Below are positions 62,311 through 64,000 of a DNA stretch of 64,000 bases, one piece after another. Within the stretch, counting starts at the first letter, position 1. Each line of letters begins with the position of its first letter. The stretch is from positions 81,592,001 to 81,656,000 of the forward strand of contig NC_083223.1 in assembly GCF_032191835.1 (NCBI RefSeq), read 5' to 3'. The translations under genes were made by a program, and so were the position numbers. The notes beneath the pieces are model-generated. The model had not been told where the DNA came from. It did not search any database and worked only from the letters and a program-made list of their open reading frames with translations. This DNA comes from Heteronotia binoei. Its lineage: Eukaryota.

Positions 62311-62750
62311 TCTTCAACATTGCAGCTAACGAACCAAGCTCTAATCCATTAAAGTTTGTGCTGGAACGAACTCTTAACATTTGAAGTGCCGCGGGAACAT
62401 TATTATGATTACTTTTTACAACTTTTACAACCAAAGATTTTACAAATCCTCTGAGGAACCGGTTACAATGATACGAATAGTCAGGAAGACCAGAGCGCGG
62501 ACTCCTTTGAGTCTTCAGCACACTCTTTCCTGAGCCTCTATGGCGCATAACTCTCAGATGCTTTCATCAACATTCCGGTGTCGTCAGAGAAAATGGCGTG
62601 CTGGGCAGTCCGTTGTTCGGGGATCTATGGTTGAATCCCGCGCGTTCTCTCCGTTCTAGCCGGACCCTTTCCGTCTCTATGGTGCACTGGGAGCCGAGGT
62701 GGGTGGGGCTAGCTTGCACCTTCGCCAGCTGATTCTTCCTGCGGGCTACC

Positions 62751-62766
62751 ATGGCGCCTGCAAAAG
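62751..62766 (+). CDS. SLC35A1: Probable SLC35A1 first coding exon (16 nt)
   Basis: Kozak GCTACCATGG, MAPAK plus 1 nt, donor AAG|GTGAGC. The 16-nt size and the position after CFAP206 match human SLC35A1 as I recall them. Exon 2 is not in the window, so the identity rests on synteny. Confidence 0.65.
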
Positions 62767-64000
62767 GTGAGCGAAAGACTCCTCTGCTTTCCCCCTTTTC
62801 CGCACCACTCGCCCCTTCCAAGAGAAGCACAACCTGGAGGGTGTTTGCTCCTCTTATCCCCTCATTCCTCTGGCAACAACAACAAAAAGAAGCCCTTTTG
62901 TTCCGTTGAGGTGCGAGGGGAGAGGCTGAAAAGGATGTTCCCAAAATCAGATGCTTTCAAGAACCAGCAATCTGAGAGGACGTGGAAAAGAGATACACGT
63001 GTGGTTGGCTTGAGTTCCTACCCCGTGTGTGTCACTCCTCTAGAATAATGGAACAGTTACGGAACGAGCAATATATTAATTCTCCGTTGTCTGTCAAATA
63101 GGAGGAAGATGATGAGTTTTACCATATGAGGAATCCCTCGCACAAGCCCCACTGTAATCGTCTTCTAGGTTGGGGTGTTGGAAAATCATCGTAGCTGGGG
63201 CGGGGGGAGGTGCATTCCTTCAAGTATTTGGCTCCCAAATCACCCTCTGTTGGGATCTTGAGTTTTCACCAGTTTATCCAGGGGAAATCTTGCTAATCCT
63301 GCCTGTGACTAACTACTTAAGCAGGAGGCTGCCTTTCATGTTATTTTTTCATACAAGGAGATTGAATTTTTGCCATGTGTGAAGCTGCGATAGTGCCTCC
63401 CTTCCCCCCCCCCCCCCCCTCATCCCAGTGCTATAATCTAGACAGTAATTCAGTTGATCTGGCTCCAGTTAGGTATATTGTTCAGACTAGAAAAAAAATG
63501 ACATGAGGATAGGTATTTCATGTTAGAATATCAGGACATCCTCATAGATGTAAGCGGATGTGAAAAATGTAATTTGAGAACATTTCTGTAACATAATATG
63601 TCATAATAATTTCCTTTTAGTTTTGAAGACTTGGGTAAAACTGCAAATTTCATGGGCTCATTGCTGTGGGCTTACACCAATCTGTGCAGATATTTGAGCT
63701 GCAGTGTTGTTATTACAACACTTTACAAGCTTGAATTGCAAAAAGTACAATTGTAAAATTATTTTTAAGATTTGGGCTTGTAAAATGTGTAGAAATACAG
63801 CACTTTCTTGGACAATTCTGTTGCTTTTCCAGGACAGAGTTGGAGGATGCATAACACTTGGAATGAATTTGCTGTTCCTGACATTGTGCTTGGAATATAT
63901 TGCCAAAAAACAGCTTTATTTCAGTCCTAAAACACCCTTTAAGAATGAATGAGATTTTGTCTTCTCCAGGATGTACTTAGTTTACATGATTATAACAGGC

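Larger units (their letters stand above)
61198..62750. promoter_or_regulatory. Divergent promoter region between SF3B6 and SLC35A1
   Basis: The start codons are 1.55 kb apart, head to head, with CpG-rich patches at both ends. CRE/ETS composite TTACGTCACCGGAAG at 61310-61324; YY1-like AAAATGGCG near 62590. Confidence 0.7.

Noticed and set aside
63600-63960. Possible SLC35A1 exon 2
   Set aside because: Translations do not resemble the nucleotide-sugar transporter N-terminus; exon 2 is probably beyond the window.

Overview
Eukaryotic genomic DNA from a squamate reptile, probably a gecko, judged from Sauria/Squam-type SINEs, BovB, CR1 and abundant hAT-type MITEs. The six-frame ORF track is mostly noise because the real genes are split into short exons, which I reconstructed by hand from splice sites and reading frame. 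Gene order: SMIM8 (+, 97 aa), C6orf163 (+, 329 aa), a CpG island holding a stop-disrupted UBZ4/WRNIP1-like reading frame, CFAP206 (+, 12 coding exons, 621 aa), SF3B6 (-, 125 aa, GC-AG last intron), a divergent promoter, and the probable first coding exon of SLC35A1 (+). SF3B6 intron 1 (about 12 kb) is mostly a nested element: a decayed hAT-like DNA transposon (15-bp TIRs, 6-bp TSD) containing a full-length chromodomain Ty3/Gypsy element (5-bp TSD), which itself contains a SINE and a perfect 61-bp inverted templated insertion. I found no convincing novel multi-gene system. The best leads are the UBZ4 relic with an apparently intact promoter, the position and GC-AG intron of SF3B6, and the nested element with its unusual TSD length. 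Gene names and human comparisons come from remembered sequences and synteny, not from database searches; repeat boundaries without a TSD are approximate.
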